From Octopus sinensis (taxonomy: Eukaryota), in NCBI RefSeq assembly GCF_006345805.1, contig NW_021824666.1, positions 1 to 36,491 on the forward strand: a DNA stretch of 36,491 nucleotides, written 5' to 3'. The notes beneath the pieces were generated by a model, which worked only from the letters and a program-made list of their open reading frames with translations, was not told the origin of the DNA and searched no databases. This document shows, piece after piece, positions 36,115 through 36,491 of this stretch (position 1 is the stretch's first letter; each line of letters starts with the position of its first letter). A program made the translations under genes and the position numbers.

Positions 36115-36491
36115 CAGTAGTCTTCCAGTATTGCGGGGGTTCTTATGAAAAACCTATACATGTCAAAATATAACGTATAATATTATATATATATATAATA
36201 TTTAATAATAATTTAATAAAATGTATGGTTACTCACCAATAATGAATGATATGGATTTAAGATGATGATGAAAACGAAGGTAGTGACTGCACAGCAAAGA
36301 AGATTTAAAGCTCTTCAGGTGACGTCTGTTCTTCAGGTGTTTTAAGGGATGTTGTATCGTCTTGCAAGTCTTTCTTGGTGGGCTTGAGGAACATCGTGAT
36401 GGGAAGTTGCTGTTGAAGATGGTGTTAGCAGGGAGGAACTCGACTTGGACTCTTTCATTTTTCAAATCCAAAGGGTGACCGCCATAATTAT
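36115..36491 (-). mobile_element. pogo/Tigger-like transposon fragment, running off the window
   Basis: TA|CAGTAGTC terminus. The minus frame gives RVQVEFLPANT, matching the pogo DDE-domain FLPPNTT motif. Confidence 0.6.

Noticed and set aside
36229-36471. 80-aa minus ORF ending at a GTGAGT donor, considered as a host exon
   Set aside because: The FLPANT motif and the TA|CAGTAG end are better explained by a pogo-like transposon fragment.

Overview
This is not prokaryotic DNA. It is AT-rich, microsatellite-dense animal genomic sequence, probably intronic. The repeat style suggests a coleoid cephalopod such as octopus, but that is an inference and was not checked against a database. Most of the window is transposon debris. 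It holds a CR1-like LINE fragment, two closely related RTE-clade LINE copies with a PHD-type finger inserted inside the reverse transcriptase, and many RTE 3' ends. It also holds at least two tRNA-type SINE families, three non-autonomous Helitron pieces, mariner, maT and pogo transposase remnants, and a Gypsy integrase remnant. No intact protein-coding gene was found, and nearly all listed ORFs are microsatellite artefacts or decayed TE frames. A few short + strand segments with good splice signals (12846-12904, 29712-29730, 30838-30901, 31311-31352) suggest an unidentified host gene with long introns. The most notable signal is a set of four type I hammerhead-ribozyme motifs, all on the + strand. 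One looks complete (22979-23042) and three are decayed (16269-16351, 17381-17457, 35980-36062). They are associated with palindromes, inverted repeats and TA runs. Two AG|GT sites resembling recursive splice sites lie on the same strand.
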